A DNA stretch of 64,000 nt from Spirochaetia bacterium (GCA_038204425.1 JBBRCZ010000002.1:192001-256000), one strand, 5' to 3'; counted from the stretch's first letter, positions 39,800-50,046 are shown. The notes: generated by a model from the letters alone, not told the origin. Translations and numbers: made by a program.

Positions 39800-40422
39800 G
39801 GTGCGTCTCCCTTGAGTTTTGCCTCGGTCTGGCTTGGGTCTCTGGCGGCCAAGGCAGACACCCCAGAAAGCCATTCGCGGCGATCGTGCCAAGATGCATC
39901 GTGTTGCGGACCGCACCAGATGGTGCTGCCGGCGAGAGCACCACAGAAGGCAGCGCCATGGTCAAACATGGTTGTCTTTAAAGGATGCTCGGCCTGAGCA
40001 GCACTATCGCTAGAAACTACTAGGTGCCAGGTCTGTCCATTGAGTAAACCAACACTGCTACGAGTTTGCAAAAAATCTTCTTGATAGTTGTACGCTATGC
40101 CTGGACGCAATACACGATCTAGCCAACCTTCTAGTATGGCAGGAAAACGTCCCCACCATTCCGGACCTATAAAAACCACCGAGCCAGCTTGCCTTAAATC
40201 TTCTTGATGGCTCAGGATTAGTGCGTCAAAACTACTCTTGCTGTCCAGTTCGTTTGGTCCCATTACGGGGTCAAAGGCCTCAGCGTACAGGTCACGAACA
40301 ATACAGAGGCGGCCTATCTCATTGCAGCGCTGACAAAGTACTTGAGCACAAGAAGCGCAAAAGCTATCGGTCTTAGGGTGGGCCAAAATTATGAGAAGGG
40401 TTTCGCTCTTGATCAAAGTCAT
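39796..40422 (-). CDS. NAD(P)H-dependent oxidoreductase, Flavodoxin_2 fold
   Basis: ILAHPKTDSF, RDLYAEAFDP, PEWWGRFPAILEGWLDRV. Confidence 0.85.
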   Translation of the reverse strand: MTLIKSETLLIILAHPKTDSFCASCAQVLCQRCNEIGRLCIVRDLYAEAFDPVMGPNELDSKSSFDALILSHQEDLRQAGSVVFIGPEWWGRFPAILEGWLDRVLRPGIAYNYQEDFLQTRSSVGLLNGQTWHLVVSSDSAAQAEHPLKTTMFDHGAAFCGALAGSTIWCGPQHDASWHDRREWLSGVSALAARDPSQTEAKLKGDAP

Positions 40423-40569
40423 CTGCAAAGCCTAATGCATCCAAGACTCTTGGGCAATGCAGATAAAAACCGTATACTTTTATCAGAAACTGTGGTTAGT
40501 ATCACGTTAAGGTTTCTTGCTCAGACACTGGTAAAAAATGAATGATTGAAGGTATACAGGTCAATAACC

Positions 40570-40600
40570 TTGCTTATACCCAAGTAAATCAGTAAAGTAA
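40570..40600 (+). promoter_or_regulatory. suf promoter overlapped by an IscR/Rrf2 type-1-like operator
   Basis: TTGCTT-17-TAAAGT; ATACCCAAGTAAATCAGTAAAGTAA (40576-40600) matches ATASYYGACTRWWWYAGTCRRSTAT at 21/25. Confidence 0.6.
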
Positions 40601-40623
40601 ATATATGGAAGGAGCCTTGGAAC

Positions 40624-40926
40624 ATGGTAACAAAAGGCCAGATTCTAGACTCGCTACGTAAAGTCTATGACCCAGAAATTGGGATCAATGTTGTCGATGT
40701 CGGCTTGGTATATAGAGTGGAATGTTTTGATGATAGGGTAGAAGTTGACTTTACTTTGACTTCTCCGGGGTGCCCGCTTGCTGATGTTATTGAGTCAGAT
40801 ATGAAGACCAGCATTAGGGCAGATCACGAAATAGAGAATGTAATTACCACCTTGGTTTGGAATCCACCTTGGGGCATAGAATATATGAGCGAAGATGCGC
40901 GCTTGGAACTTGGCTACCCAATTTAA
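40624..40926 (+). CDS. sufT: Metal-sulfur cluster assembly factor (DUF59/SufT)
   Basis: VYDPEIGINVVDVGLVY, TLTSPGCPLA, VWNPPW. Confidence 0.88.
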   Translation: MVTKGQILDSLRKVYDPEIGINVVDVGLVYRVECFDDRVEVDFTLTSPGCPLADVIESDMKTSIRADHEIENVITTLVWNPPWGIEYMSEDARLELGYPI

Positions 40927-40974
40927 GTGGTGCCGCAGATAGAATGAATTTTCGCTTTCTTGTGGAGGAATAGG

Positions 40975-41841
40975 ATGACGCTTGAGATTACAGATTTACA
41001 TGCTAGGATAGAAGATAAACCAATCTTAAAAGGAATCAACTTAACCATTAAAACTGGTGAGATGCACGCGATAATGGGGCCCAATGGCTCTGGAAAGAGC
41101 ACGCTTTCAAATGTGATCATGGGACACCCATCGTATGAAGTAACTGCAGGGAAAATACTGCTCGACGGTCAAGACGTTTTACAGATGGAAACTCATGAAC
41201 GGGCGCGTAAGGGTCTTTTTATGGCTTTTCAATATCCTGTAGAGATTCCCGGGATCACGGTCGGACGTTTTCTCAAACGAGCCGTTGAAATTAGCCAAGG
41301 TTTGGCACCAAGTGTACGAGCTCCTTTGCCTGGTCGCAGTGCACCAGGATCGGCTTTGGCCATTGGAGCGCCGACGCCACCAGCCAAGCCCAACGCCCGA
41401 CCTTCAAGCTTTGTAAAAGAACTGCGTGAAGCTATGACGTTTATGGAAATAGATCAACAATTTATTAATCGCTATCTAAACGAAGGATTTTCTGGCGGTG
41501 AAAAAAAGCGGATGGAAGTCTTGCAAATGCTCTTGCTTAAGCCTTCCTTTGCAATTCTTGATGAGACCGACTCTGGCCTTGATATTGATGCTCTCAAGGT
41601 AGTCTCCAAGGGTGTCAATCACTTGCGAAGCCCAAATTTTGGGGCCATTATCATCACCCACTATCAACGCTTGCTCTCTCATATCAGGCCTGATTTTGTT
41701 CATATTCTCTACCAAGGACGCATTGCGACTTCTGGTGGCGAAGAACTGGTTCAAGCACTTGAGGACAAGGGTTACGACTGGGTTAAGAAACAATATGGCA
41801 TAGAGGAGGAATCCAATGAAGAAGCAGTGGTTCTCAACTAA
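40975..41841 (+). CDS. sufC: Fe-S cluster assembly ATPase SufC
   Basis: AIMGPNGSGKSTL, FQYPVEIPG, NEGFSGGEKKR, LDETDSGLDIDAL, ITHYQRLL. Confidence 0.95.
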   Translation: MTLEITDLHARIEDKPILKGINLTIKTGEMHAIMGPNGSGKSTLSNVIMGHPSYEVTAGKILLDGQDVLQMETHERARKGLFMAFQYPVEIPGITVGRFLKRAVEISQGLAPSVRAPLPGRSAPGSALAIGAPTPPAKPNARPSSFVKELREAMTFMEIDQQFINRYLNEGFSGGEKKRMEVLQMLLLKPSFAILDETDSGLDIDALKVVSKGVNHLRSPNFGAIIITHYQRLLSHIRPDFVHILYQGRIATSGGEELVQALEDKGYDWVKKQYGIEEESNEEAVVLN

Positions 41842-43288
41842 TCGGATACAGAATGCCGCTGACAGCGGTACCGTTGCTAGTACACTTGGTGCGGAAGAAG
41901 CACTCAAGCAACAAGAAGACTATAAGTTTGGTTTTGCCTTTCCTGATGCATCGGTTTTTAAGACTGGCAAGGGAATAAATGAGTCAGTAGTTAAGTCAAT
42001 TTCGTCCCACAAAAACGAACCTGACTGGATGCTGGCCTACCGACTCAAGAGTTTGGAAGCCTTTAGAGAAAAATCCATGCCCAACTGGGGTGGCGATCTT
42101 TCTGGCATTGACTTTGAAAATATCTATTACTATGCTAAACCAACTCAAGACGCCAAAACGAAGTGGGAAGAGCTGCCTGCTGACATTTTGGAAACCTATC
42201 GCCGGCTGGGACTTCCTGAGGCCGAACAAAAGTTTTTGGCGGGTGTAGGCGCGCAATATGACTCCGAAATGGTCTACCATTCTATTCGCAAAGATCTTGA
42301 GGACAAGGGTGTTATTTTTACCTCTCCCGAAGAAGCAGTTTTGAAGTACCCTGACTTGGTTAAGCAATATTTTGGCACGGTCATCCCTTTTAACGACAAC
42401 AAGTTTGCAGCTCTCAATAGCGCAGCTTGGAGCGGTGGCAGTTTTGTTTATGTACCCAAGGGCGTAAAGGTGGATATTCCTATTCAGGCCTATTTTCGTA
42501 TCAATAGCGAAAACTTTGGCCAGTTTGAGCGCACCTTGATTATTGCCGACGAAGACAGCTTTGTTCATTATGTAGAAGGTTGTACTGCACCAATTTATTC
42601 GAGTGATAGTCTTCACTCAGCCGTGGTAGAAATCATTGCTCTCAAGGGTAGTCGCGTGCGCTATTCAACCATTCAAAACTGGTCAAACGACGTTTACAAT
42701 TTGGTCACCAAACGGGCTGTTGCCTACGAAGGTGCAACCGTAGAATGGGTAGACGGCAACCTTGGTTCTAAACGAACCATGAAGTACCCAGCCATTTACT
42801 TAAAGGGTAAGGGTAGTCACGGTGAGGTGCTCTCAATTGCCTTTGCATCTGGGGGGCAGGAACAAGACACCGGCGCCAAAATTGTGCATTTGGCCGATGA
42901 CACCTCGTCGGTAGTTACCGCCAAGTCCATATCTCGCAGTGGTGGCATCTCAAGCTATCGTGGTCTGGTTAAGGTCAACCCCGGCCTTAAGAATGTTAGG
43001 GCTCATGTAGTTTGTGACGCGCTGATTCTTGATCCGCAAAGCACCTCAAATACCTACCCATATATGGAAATACACGCTACCGATGTATCGATAGAGCATG
43101 AGGCCCGCGTCTCGCGCATTAGCGAGGAGCAGCTTTTTTACTTGCAGACTCGTGGTTTGGACGAAACTGAGGCCAGTATGATGATAGTAAATGGCTTTCT
43201 TGATCCATTGGTTAAACAATTGCCGATGGAGTACGCCATGGAGCTCAATCGTTTGATTGAACTTGAGATGGAAGGATCGGTAGGTTGA
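41816..43288 (+). CDS. sufB: Fe-S cluster assembly protein SufB
   Basis: AQYDSE, WSGGSFVYVP, GQFERTLII, YVEGCTAP, HSAVVE, YNLVTKRA, EHEA, MEGSVG. Confidence 0.97.
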   Translation: MKKQWFSTNRIQNAADSGTVASTLGAEEALKQQEDYKFGFAFPDASVFKTGKGINESVVKSISSHKNEPDWMLAYRLKSLEAFREKSMPNWGGDLSGIDFENIYYYAKPTQDAKTKWEELPADILETYRRLGLPEAEQKFLAGVGAQYDSEMVYHSIRKDLEDKGVIFTSPEEAVLKYPDLVKQYFGTVIPFNDNKFAALNSAAWSGGSFVYVPKGVKVDIPIQAYFRINSENFGQFERTLIIADEDSFVHYVEGCTAPIYSSDSLHSAVVEIIALKGSRVRYSTIQNWSNDVYNLVTKRAVAYEGATVEWVDGNLGSKRTMKYPAIYLKGKGSHGEVLSIAFASGGQEQDTGAKIVHLADDTSSVVTAKSISRSGGISSYRGLVKVNPGLKNVRAHVVCDALILDPQSTSNTYPYMEIHATDVSIEHEARVSRISEEQLFYLQTRGLDETEASMMIVNGFLDPLVKQLPMEYAMELNRLIELEMEGSVG

Positions 43289-43290
43289 TA

Positions 43291-44682
43291 ATGCAGAGTC
43301 AGGATTCCGCGGTTAAAGTAGAAAAAATAGCATCGTTTACGCATCAGGGTATCGCGGCTTTGGATCAATTGATAGCCAAGCGTCTGGGTAATGGTGAAGA
43401 CAAGCTTATAAACGCACTTCGCAGCAAGGCGGCATTGAGAGCGCAGCAGCGCGCTTGGCCTGCTGCTGACGAAGAAGAGTGGCGTCGCAGTAGATTGTCG
43501 GCTTTTGACTTTGATTCTCTTTTGTACGGTTATGACGGTGTTGCTAACTTGCAAAGCTCAGATGCGCTTATTCCTGACTTCTTGTGTAAACCAGTTGACC
43601 CGCTTGATTTTGACGGCTGTGCCGAGCTGCAAAGCGACGATTTTTCTGGCATGGTAAAGGTGAAACTTGGTCATAGCAGCGTAGAATATAGCTTGGATGT
43701 TAAATCCAAGGGGCTTTACGTGGGCTTGCTGGGCGACAAGAGCGTGCCGTCTGCGTTGGCGGCTAAGGCTCTAAACATACTTGAGGACATGATTGCCCGC
43801 AGTGATAATCGTTTCCAAAGTTGGAACTTAGCTGCCTATGATCTGGCTTTACTTGTATGTGTAGAAAAGAACCAAACTATAGAAAAGCCACTGGTAATTG
43901 ATTGGCAGCTCAGTGGCGAAGATAAAGTCTTGCACGGTCTGGTGATAGTGGTACTTGAAGAGAGCAGCTCGCTCACGGTGCTTGAACACCAAAGTGGTAG
44001 CGGCGGTTTTTTGCTCAATGACGGACGTTATGCCAACGTTGCCGCCAATGCCCAACTCAATTGGAACCTAGTCCGCAATGTTGGCGACGAAGAAGTTGTC
44101 GTCTCCCACGGACACATAGTTGTTGAGCGAGATGCACGACTCAAGTTTGCTCAATCTGAACTTGGTGGTGGCTGGGTTAAGACGCGCCTAGCTACAGACT
44201 TGGCTGGAGAAGGGGCTGATGTGCATCTTGAGGGTTTGTACTTTGGCCATGGTTCACAACATGTGGACTTGAGAACGGTTCAAAACCACCTTGCGCCACG
44301 TGCCAGCAGTCGCGCTTTGTACAAAGGCGTGGTCAGAGACGAAGCGCGCACTATCTACCAAGGCTTGATTTTTGTCGCCCCCGGTGCCAACAAGACCGAC
44401 GCCTATCTCAATAACCGCAATCTCGTACTCAATGATGGGGCGCGCGCGGATAGTATTCCTACCTTAGAAATCAGAACAGATGACGTAAAATGTAGCCACG
44501 GATCTACCACTAGCAAGCTCTTGGATGAGCACTTGTTTTATTTGCAAAACCGAGGTTTTTCTGTCAAAGATGCCAAGGCTATGCTGATAGAAGCGTTTCT
44601 TGGTCAAGTTAGTGGCTCCATGTCCGAACTCGTGCAGACCAAAATTCAAGCAGTAGTTTTGGGAAGAGTTGAGGACGTCTAA
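43291..44682 (+). CDS. sufD: Fe-S cluster assembly protein SufD
   Basis: EEWRRS, ADSIPTLEIRTDDVKCSHGST, FYLQNRG. Confidence 0.92.
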   Translation: MQSQDSAVKVEKIASFTHQGIAALDQLIAKRLGNGEDKLINALRSKAALRAQQRAWPAADEEEWRRSRLSAFDFDSLLYGYDGVANLQSSDALIPDFLCKPVDPLDFDGCAELQSDDFSGMVKVKLGHSSVEYSLDVKSKGLYVGLLGDKSVPSALAAKALNILEDMIARSDNRFQSWNLAAYDLALLVCVEKNQTIEKPLVIDWQLSGEDKVLHGLVIVVLEESSSLTVLEHQSGSGGFLLNDGRYANVAANAQLNWNLVRNVGDEEVVVSHGHIVVERDARLKFAQSELGGGWVKTRLATDLAGEGADVHLEGLYFGHGSQHVDLRTVQNHLAPRASSRALYKGVVRDEARTIYQGLIFVAPGANKTDAYLNNRNLVLNDGARADSIPTLEIRTDDVKCSHGSTTSKLLDEHLFYLQNRGFSVKDAKAMLIEAFLGQVSGSMSELVQTKIQAVVLGRVEDV

Positions 44683-44685
44683 GCG

Positions 44686-45012
44686 ATGGGTCTTTTAGGA
44701 AAAAAGCAGGCTGCCCAGTGGGTGGCTACGCTTGCATTAAACGAGTTTTCGCACACTCATTGCTTTTCTCACAACAAGCATGAGTATGCACTCTACAAGC
44801 TTGAAGACGGCGTCTATTGCACTGACAATTCTTGCAGCCACGAATACTCGCCACTTTGTGAGGGTATGGTAATGGACGGTGAGGTCTATTGTCCCAAGCA
44901 CGGTAGTCGTTTTGATATAAGAACAGGTGCGGTTGTCAACTTTCCTGCCACCACTGATGTCAAAACCTACCCAACAAAAATCGAAGATGGAATGGTTTGG
45001 ATCCTAGTATAA
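44686..45012 (+). CDS. Rieske [2Fe-2S] ferredoxin
   Basis: CSH...CPKHGSRFD. Confidence 0.9.
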   Translation: MGLLGKKQAAQWVATLALNEFSHTHCFSHNKHEYALYKLEDGVYCTDNSCSHEYSPLCEGMVMDGEVYCPKHGSRFDIRTGAVVNFPATTDVKTYPTKIEDGMVWILV

Positions 45013-45015
45013 AAA

Positions 45016-46083
45016 ATGAAAACAAGCCTTCATCTCGACATCTACGATGCCAGGCACCGTGCTCAGGCTGCGTCAATAATCAAAGATGGTGGCACGGTAG
45101 TCTTTCCAACCGAAACTGTCTATGGACTCGGTGCGGACGCCGGTAACCCGCACGCAATCGCAAAGATTTTTGCAGCCAAAGGTCGACCTGCTGACAACCC
45201 ACTTATTGTCCACGTTGCTAATCAGCAAGCTTTTTTGGACGCGAGCCATGACCAAAATCAGTTAAGTCTTTATTTGGTAGAGCACTTGCAGCCGGGACCG
45301 GTTAGCATAATTGTGCAGCGCAGTGAACAAATATCAAGTGCTACTAGCACCGGGCTAGCAACGGTTGGCCTGCGCATACCGCAACTGGATCTTTGTCGAG
45401 ATTTTCTTGCCTTGTGTGGCTGCCCAGTTGCGGCCCCCAGCGCCAATCTGTCCGGGCAGCCAAGTCCCACCAACTTTGCTATGGCATGTCGGGCCATGGA
45501 TGGCAGGGCGGATGCAATCCTGAGCGGACCGCCATCCCAGCTTGGACTCGAGTCAGCCATCCTATACGCCGCTGACGACCAAACGCTGCATGTCCTGCGC
45601 CCCGGTCAGATTGACCTTAACAGTCTTAAAATAGATCTTGCCAAGGCGGGCTTTGTTGGTCTAAGCATTCACTTACCTGGTAGCGGTCAGCACGTTCCGC
45701 CAGCGCCTGGTACGCGCCATCGACACTATGCACCTCACGCCAAGGTCTACCTTTATTACAGCCAAGACCAGCTCAAAGAACTTGTACAAAGCCTTTGCCT
45801 GCAAAATCAAAGCATAGCTCTATTGGCCGAACCCAGTCAGGCTATCGCAAGTCAAGCTGGTCGCCAGACCAGCCAGTTTACCTTGATGCCTGATGGCAAC
45901 TACTCATGCCAGGCTGCCAGTCTATCTGAGTATGAACAGTCTCTCTACAGGCTTTTTTTTGATGCAGACGATCTTGGCTGTAAGGCAATTGTGGCTTGGT
46001 GCCCCCACCAGGACGGAATTTTTGGGCAAACAAGCCTCGCCTTGCAAGACCGGCTGCAACGCGCAGCTGGTAAGCTAAACTAG
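45016..46083 (+). CDS. sua5: L-threonylcarbamoyladenylate synthase (Sua5/TsaC2)
   Basis: FPTETVYGLGA, KGRPADNPLIVH, AAPSANLSG, PGTRHRHYAP. Confidence 0.92.
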   Translation: MKTSLHLDIYDARHRAQAASIIKDGGTVVFPTETVYGLGADAGNPHAIAKIFAAKGRPADNPLIVHVANQQAFLDASHDQNQLSLYLVEHLQPGPVSIIVQRSEQISSATSTGLATVGLRIPQLDLCRDFLALCGCPVAAPSANLSGQPSPTNFAMACRAMDGRADAILSGPPSQLGLESAILYAADDQTLHVLRPGQIDLNSLKIDLAKAGFVGLSIHLPGSGQHVPPAPGTRHRHYAPHAKVYLYYSQDQLKELVQSLCLQNQSIALLAEPSQAIASQAGRQTSQFTLMPDGNYSCQAASLSEYEQSLYRLFFDADDLGCKAIVAWCPHQDGIFGQTSLALQDRLQRAAGKLN

Positions 46084-46093
46084 TTGGTGGTGG

Positions 46094-46819
46094 CTATTTA
46101 TTCTTGGCGTTAGCGAGATAGTCTTTGACAAAGTTCTTTATGGTACCCTTGTCGCTTGTACTAAGCTTATGAAACTGAATTCCCAGTCCATGTCCGGCCT
46201 CGCGAACAACGGTTCCTGAGCAAGTTATAGTTTTCTTGGCAACCTGTAGTTGAATATCTAGATTGTCACCGACATGAAAACCTGTGCTGGTCCCTGGAAC
46301 AAAGCATCCAGTATAAGACAAATCGCTAATTTCATGATTCTTTTTGTTGAACGCAATGCTATGCTTGATAGGGAAGCGCTTGTTTGCTCTCCAGCTACGT
46401 GGAAGCACTTGGAAGTAGGGCGTTTTAAAGTCTTTCTGAAGAACAAAGCCAATGATTATTACCAAGACCACATTGCCAAGCATCATCAAGAGCAGATACG
46501 GACCGGAAACCACGTTGAAATAGTTTGCTGGCGAAAAAACAAGCTTAATTATTGAGTCGAGTACTATCCAGCTGGAATGAATCAAGAATGCATACCAGGT
46601 AAATGGCTTAACAAACCAAAACGAGATACCAACTAGAGGCGCTGTAAAAAGCCAGATAGCGGCAAATGGACCATATGCGCTAAAGAAATTGCTTAGTACC
46701 GTGCCGAGTGGTATTTGATTATTCAATAGACTAAATAAGAGAATATTCATAACTGGGGCCAGTATGTAGGCGACGATTATGACGTATAATTGAAGTGGGC
46801 GAATGATCTTGGTCTTCAT
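46094..46819 (-). CDS. Membrane protein with C-terminal PilZ domain
   Basis: Four hydrophobic segments, then RANKR (RxxxR) and DLSYTG (DxSxxG). Confidence 0.85.
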   Translation of the reverse strand: MKTKIIRPLQLYVIIVAYILAPVMNILLFSLLNNQIPLGTVLSNFFSAYGPFAAIWLFTAPLVGISFWFVKPFTWYAFLIHSSWIVLDSIIKLVFSPANYFNVVSGPYLLLMMLGNVVLVIIIGFVLQKDFKTPYFQVLPRSWRANKRFPIKHSIAFNKKNHEISDLSYTGCFVPGTSTGFHVGDNLDIQLQVAKKTITCSGTVVREAGHGLGIQFHKLSTSDKGTIKNFVKDYLANAKNK

Positions 46820-47235
46820 GATAGCGCTCCTTTGGCTTTCTGGTCGTACAAGTGCTTTTTCCCGCCAAACGGCGGCATCTTCTGTGAAGTATAAAATCTC
46901 AAATCTGTAAGTCAAGGCCTTGAGCAAATATAAATGAAAAAAAGAACAATATAACAAAGTCACGTCAAAAAGATAAGATTGCAGAGTGCCGAATAATTGA
47001 AATTAGTCTATAAATCGTTGAATCTGTACGTCGAGTTCTCTCCAAAAAGCAAGTTTTCGGTGTTTTTGTAATCTACAATTAAGAGTGGCAGTCGACGACA
47101 AGGGTTACGTTGTAATCACTTCGATAATCCCACAACATGGGCCAAGGGATGGTCCCACAAAATGGGGGAAGACTGACTGGCAGATAGAAGTAAAAATTTG
47201 ATCTGTCCCATTTCATGCCCACAAGGGGGCCCAGT

Positions 47236-49920
47236 ATGTTTGAAAAAATCGGAAGAATATCAGGTGTTTTGGCGCTAGCAATGTTAGCTGCCTTGTCTAT
47301 TGTCTCGTGTGCGATAGCCACTTTACCTTTTGAAGGTGATGCCGGTTCTGCCTTCTCAAGGGCAGCCGGCCCCAACTTGCTAAGCAACCCTGGATTTGAG
47401 ACTGCTGGAGCCTCAGGTTGGACAGAAACACTCTCGGCCTCCATCTATGCCTTTGACGCCAGCGCCGCTGGAGAGTACAAGAGTGGAAGCAAGGCACGAG
47501 GCTACTGGCTCAACTCTGGCTCCACGGGCACTGTTGAGCTTAAGCAGAGCGTGAGCGTTAGTGCTGGTACGTACACTGCCAAGGTGTGGACACGGCTTGA
47601 TGGAAGCAGCGCCAACTACAAACGACTCAAAGTGGTTCAGGGTGGTTCAACAGTTGCCTCGGCCAATCTGCCTGTCGGCAGCACCTATGCACAGACAGTC
47701 ATAAGCGGAATTAGTCTATCTGCTGGCACGGCAACTTTTGTCGTGGACTATGAGGTTCCTAATGGCAACGTATATTTGACCGTTGATGATGCCGAGTTAT
47801 TTAATGAAGGTACAAGTACCACGACCACTGCCGGTGGTACGACTACAACGGTTAGCTCTGGGAACATTATCTATGTCAAAACAAGCGGCAACGACACTAC
47901 TGGCAATGGTACCGATGGAAATGCCTACCGAACGATAGTAAAGGCAGCCAGTGTAGCCACAAGTGGCAAGACCATAAATGTTGGATCCGGTACCTTTAGC
48001 GAAACAGCCGCTATTCAACTGCCTCTTGGAGTCAGTCTGGTTGGTGCAGGTCAGGGCTCGACCATAATTACCTCAAGTGGAGCAGTGCCAGTTATAAACG
48101 CAGGCGTTTCCTCTTCTGACGCCAACTGGAAATTAGTTTATGATGGTTCGCTGATTGTCTTGGCTTCTCAGCATCGGACCACTTTCCGAAATAACACAAG
48201 TTCTGCAGTTGCGCCTGCCAATGGCAATCAAACTCTCTCAGGCTTTACGGTTGATGGTAACAACAAGACTATTAAGGCAGGTGTTTGGGTAGAAAACCGC
48301 AACAACGTAACGATGCATCACGTTACCTTTACCAAGCTCGATATGCGTGGAGCAGTCTTTGGCCCAGGCGACAAGGACTGGTACGTAGAACCCGCGTACT
48401 ACATGACCGGCATCAATATCTATGATTGTATCTTTACCGATTCTGGCAAAGATATTTCTGGTGAAACTATAGGCAACCTAAACCTTGCTCAACTTGATGG
48501 AGCCAATGTCTACAACATTACCATCAACGATACTGCCGGTTATGGTATCAAGTTTATCTATGATGGCTACTTTAAAAACACCAAAGTTTACAACGTGACC
48601 ATTAGCTTAAACGAATCTGACCCACTGTGGGGTGAGGATATAGCAATTGAGCTTTGGAACCTTGGACCTGGCAACGAAGTCTACAATGTAACTTGCAACA
48701 CTTGGCTGTCGATGGTTAACCATCCAGGAATCTTTGCCAATCCCGCCAGTGCAGGTACCAACCTCAAGCTGTACAACATCCGCATGGTGGACAACGATGC
48801 AAGCTCAAGCAAAGAAGCGGTAGAGATAGCATTGCCTGGTGTAGAAATCTATAATTCTTTGTTTCAAAATAAGGGCTTTGGCGTGGCAGCTTGGGATGCA
48901 GGCGGTTACAAAGTTTCTATCCACAACAACATTTTTTACAACTCGGTTGAACAAAGTTCTTGGGCCAAAGGTGGTGTTTACCTAGACAATAGTACAGGAC
49001 GCACCTACTCAAACATAAACATCTACAACAATGTTTTTGACAAATATTCTGACGCTGTTACTCTCAAAAACTCGGGCGGTGGTATCAATACGGTCAACAT
49101 CAAGAATAATGTCTTCCTGAATGTCTCTGCAAAGCACCTAAACGCTGTTGGTTCGAGCATAGTCTTCCAATACAACCAAACCAGCAATACGCTCAACCAG
49201 ACCGGGGCAACGACTAATTCTAACAACTACGTTTCGAGTGCAACTGGTTTTAACGCTAGTGGCGACCGTTTGACCAATTGGTACAAGCCTTCTTCATCGG
49301 GTGCGTATGTGATAGACAAGGGCGCTAACGTTGGCATCGCTTATAATGGTAGTGCTCCAGACTTGGGCGCCTTTGAGTTTGCAACAGGTGGCACAACTAC
49401 TACCACTGTTGCAAGCACAACTAGTACCAGTTCGTCGACCAGCACAAGCACTACAGTGGCCGGAACCACCTCGACCAGCAGTTCCACAAGTACAAGCACC
49501 TCTACCACGGTTGCAGGAGGCTTTACAGCAGGAACGTACAAAATGTCGGCTGTGTCTGCCTCGCCGCTTATAATCCAAACTGACAGTTATGCCGGTTGTT
49601 CCAACTACAATCAGACCTATAGTGGATCAGGTAACCAGAAGTGGATAATAACAGCGGTTGGTGCGTATTACAAGATTGTAGGCTTGCAGTATGGTTATTG
49701 TCTGGAAGGCAATTCCAATGATGTAAAGAGTGCCAGCTATACAGGCGTTGACCAGCAACTATGGTCGATTGTTAGCCTCGGCGGCGGTCAGTACAAGGTT
49801 CTCAACAAGCTAAGTGGCAATGCGGTGCGTGTTCAGGACTTGTACAGTGGTAATCCATTAAAAGAGGAAGCTTACAACGGTTCCGACAACGACTTCAAAT
49901 GGACCTTTGCAGCACCTTAA
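47236..49920 (+). CDS. Secreted lipoprotein: CBM-like domain, DUF1565/right-handed beta-helix, Thr/Ser linker, ricin-B lectin
   Basis: Lipobox IVS-C; NLLSNPGFE CBM start; YVKTSGNDTTGNGT..AYRTI; Asn-rich beta-helix; APDLGAFEF; TTTT linkers; QKW/QLW ricin repeats. Confidence 0.8.
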   Translation: MFEKIGRISGVLALAMLAALSIVSCAIATLPFEGDAGSAFSRAAGPNLLSNPGFETAGASGWTETLSASIYAFDASAAGEYKSGSKARGYWLNSGSTGTVELKQSVSVSAGTYTAKVWTRLDGSSANYKRLKVVQGGSTVASANLPVGSTYAQTVISGISLSAGTATFVVDYEVPNGNVYLTVDDAELFNEGTSTTTTAGGTTTTVSSGNIIYVKTSGNDTTGNGTDGNAYRTIVKAASVATSGKTINVGSGTFSETAAIQLPLGVSLVGAGQGSTIITSSGAVPVINAGVSSSDANWKLVYDGSLIVLASQHRTTFRNNTSSAVAPANGNQTLSGFTVDGNNKTIKAGVWVENRNNVTMHHVTFTKLDMRGAVFGPGDKDWYVEPAYYMTGINIYDCIFTDSGKDISGETIGNLNLAQLDGANVYNITINDTAGYGIKFIYDGYFKNTKVYNVTISLNESDPLWGEDIAIELWNLGPGNEVYNVTCNTWLSMVNHPGIFANPASAGTNLKLYNIRMVDNDASSSKEAVEIALPGVEIYNSLFQNKGFGVAAWDAGGYKVSIHNNIFYNSVEQSSWAKGGVYLDNSTGRTYSNINIYNNVFDKYSDAVTLKNSGGGINTVNIKNNVFLNVSAKHLNAVGSSIVFQYNQTSNTLNQTGATTNSNNYVSSATGFNASGDRLTNWYKPSSSGAYVIDKGANVGIAYNGSAPDLGAFEFATGGTTTTTVASTTSTSSSTSTSTTVAGTTSTSSSTSTSTSTTVAGGFTAGTYKMSAVSASPLIIQTDSYAGCSNYNQTYSGSGNQKWIITAVGAYYKIVGLQYGYCLEGNSNDVKSASYTGVDQQLWSIVSLGGGQYKVLNKLSGNAVRVQDLYSGNPLKEEAYNGSDNDFKWTFAAP

Positions 49921-49977
49921 CTAAAGAATAGACAAGCTGCGTGTGCAGCCTTGTAAAGCATGGGTAAAGAAGTGAGT

Positions 49978-50014
49978 AGCTGCCTTCGAATAGGATTCGA
50001 AGGCAGCTTTTTTT
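49978..50014 (+). terminator. Intrinsic terminator
   Basis: AGCTGCCTTCGAAT-agg-ATTCGAAGGCAGCT followed by a T-run. Confidence 0.9.
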
Positions 50015-50046
50015 GCCAATGTCAGCATGCAGGCTCTATGGCGGGA

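Noticed and set aside
49393..49512. Thr/Ser-rich repetitive DNA as a possible repeat array
   Set aside because: It encodes an ordinary low-complexity interdomain linker with varied codons
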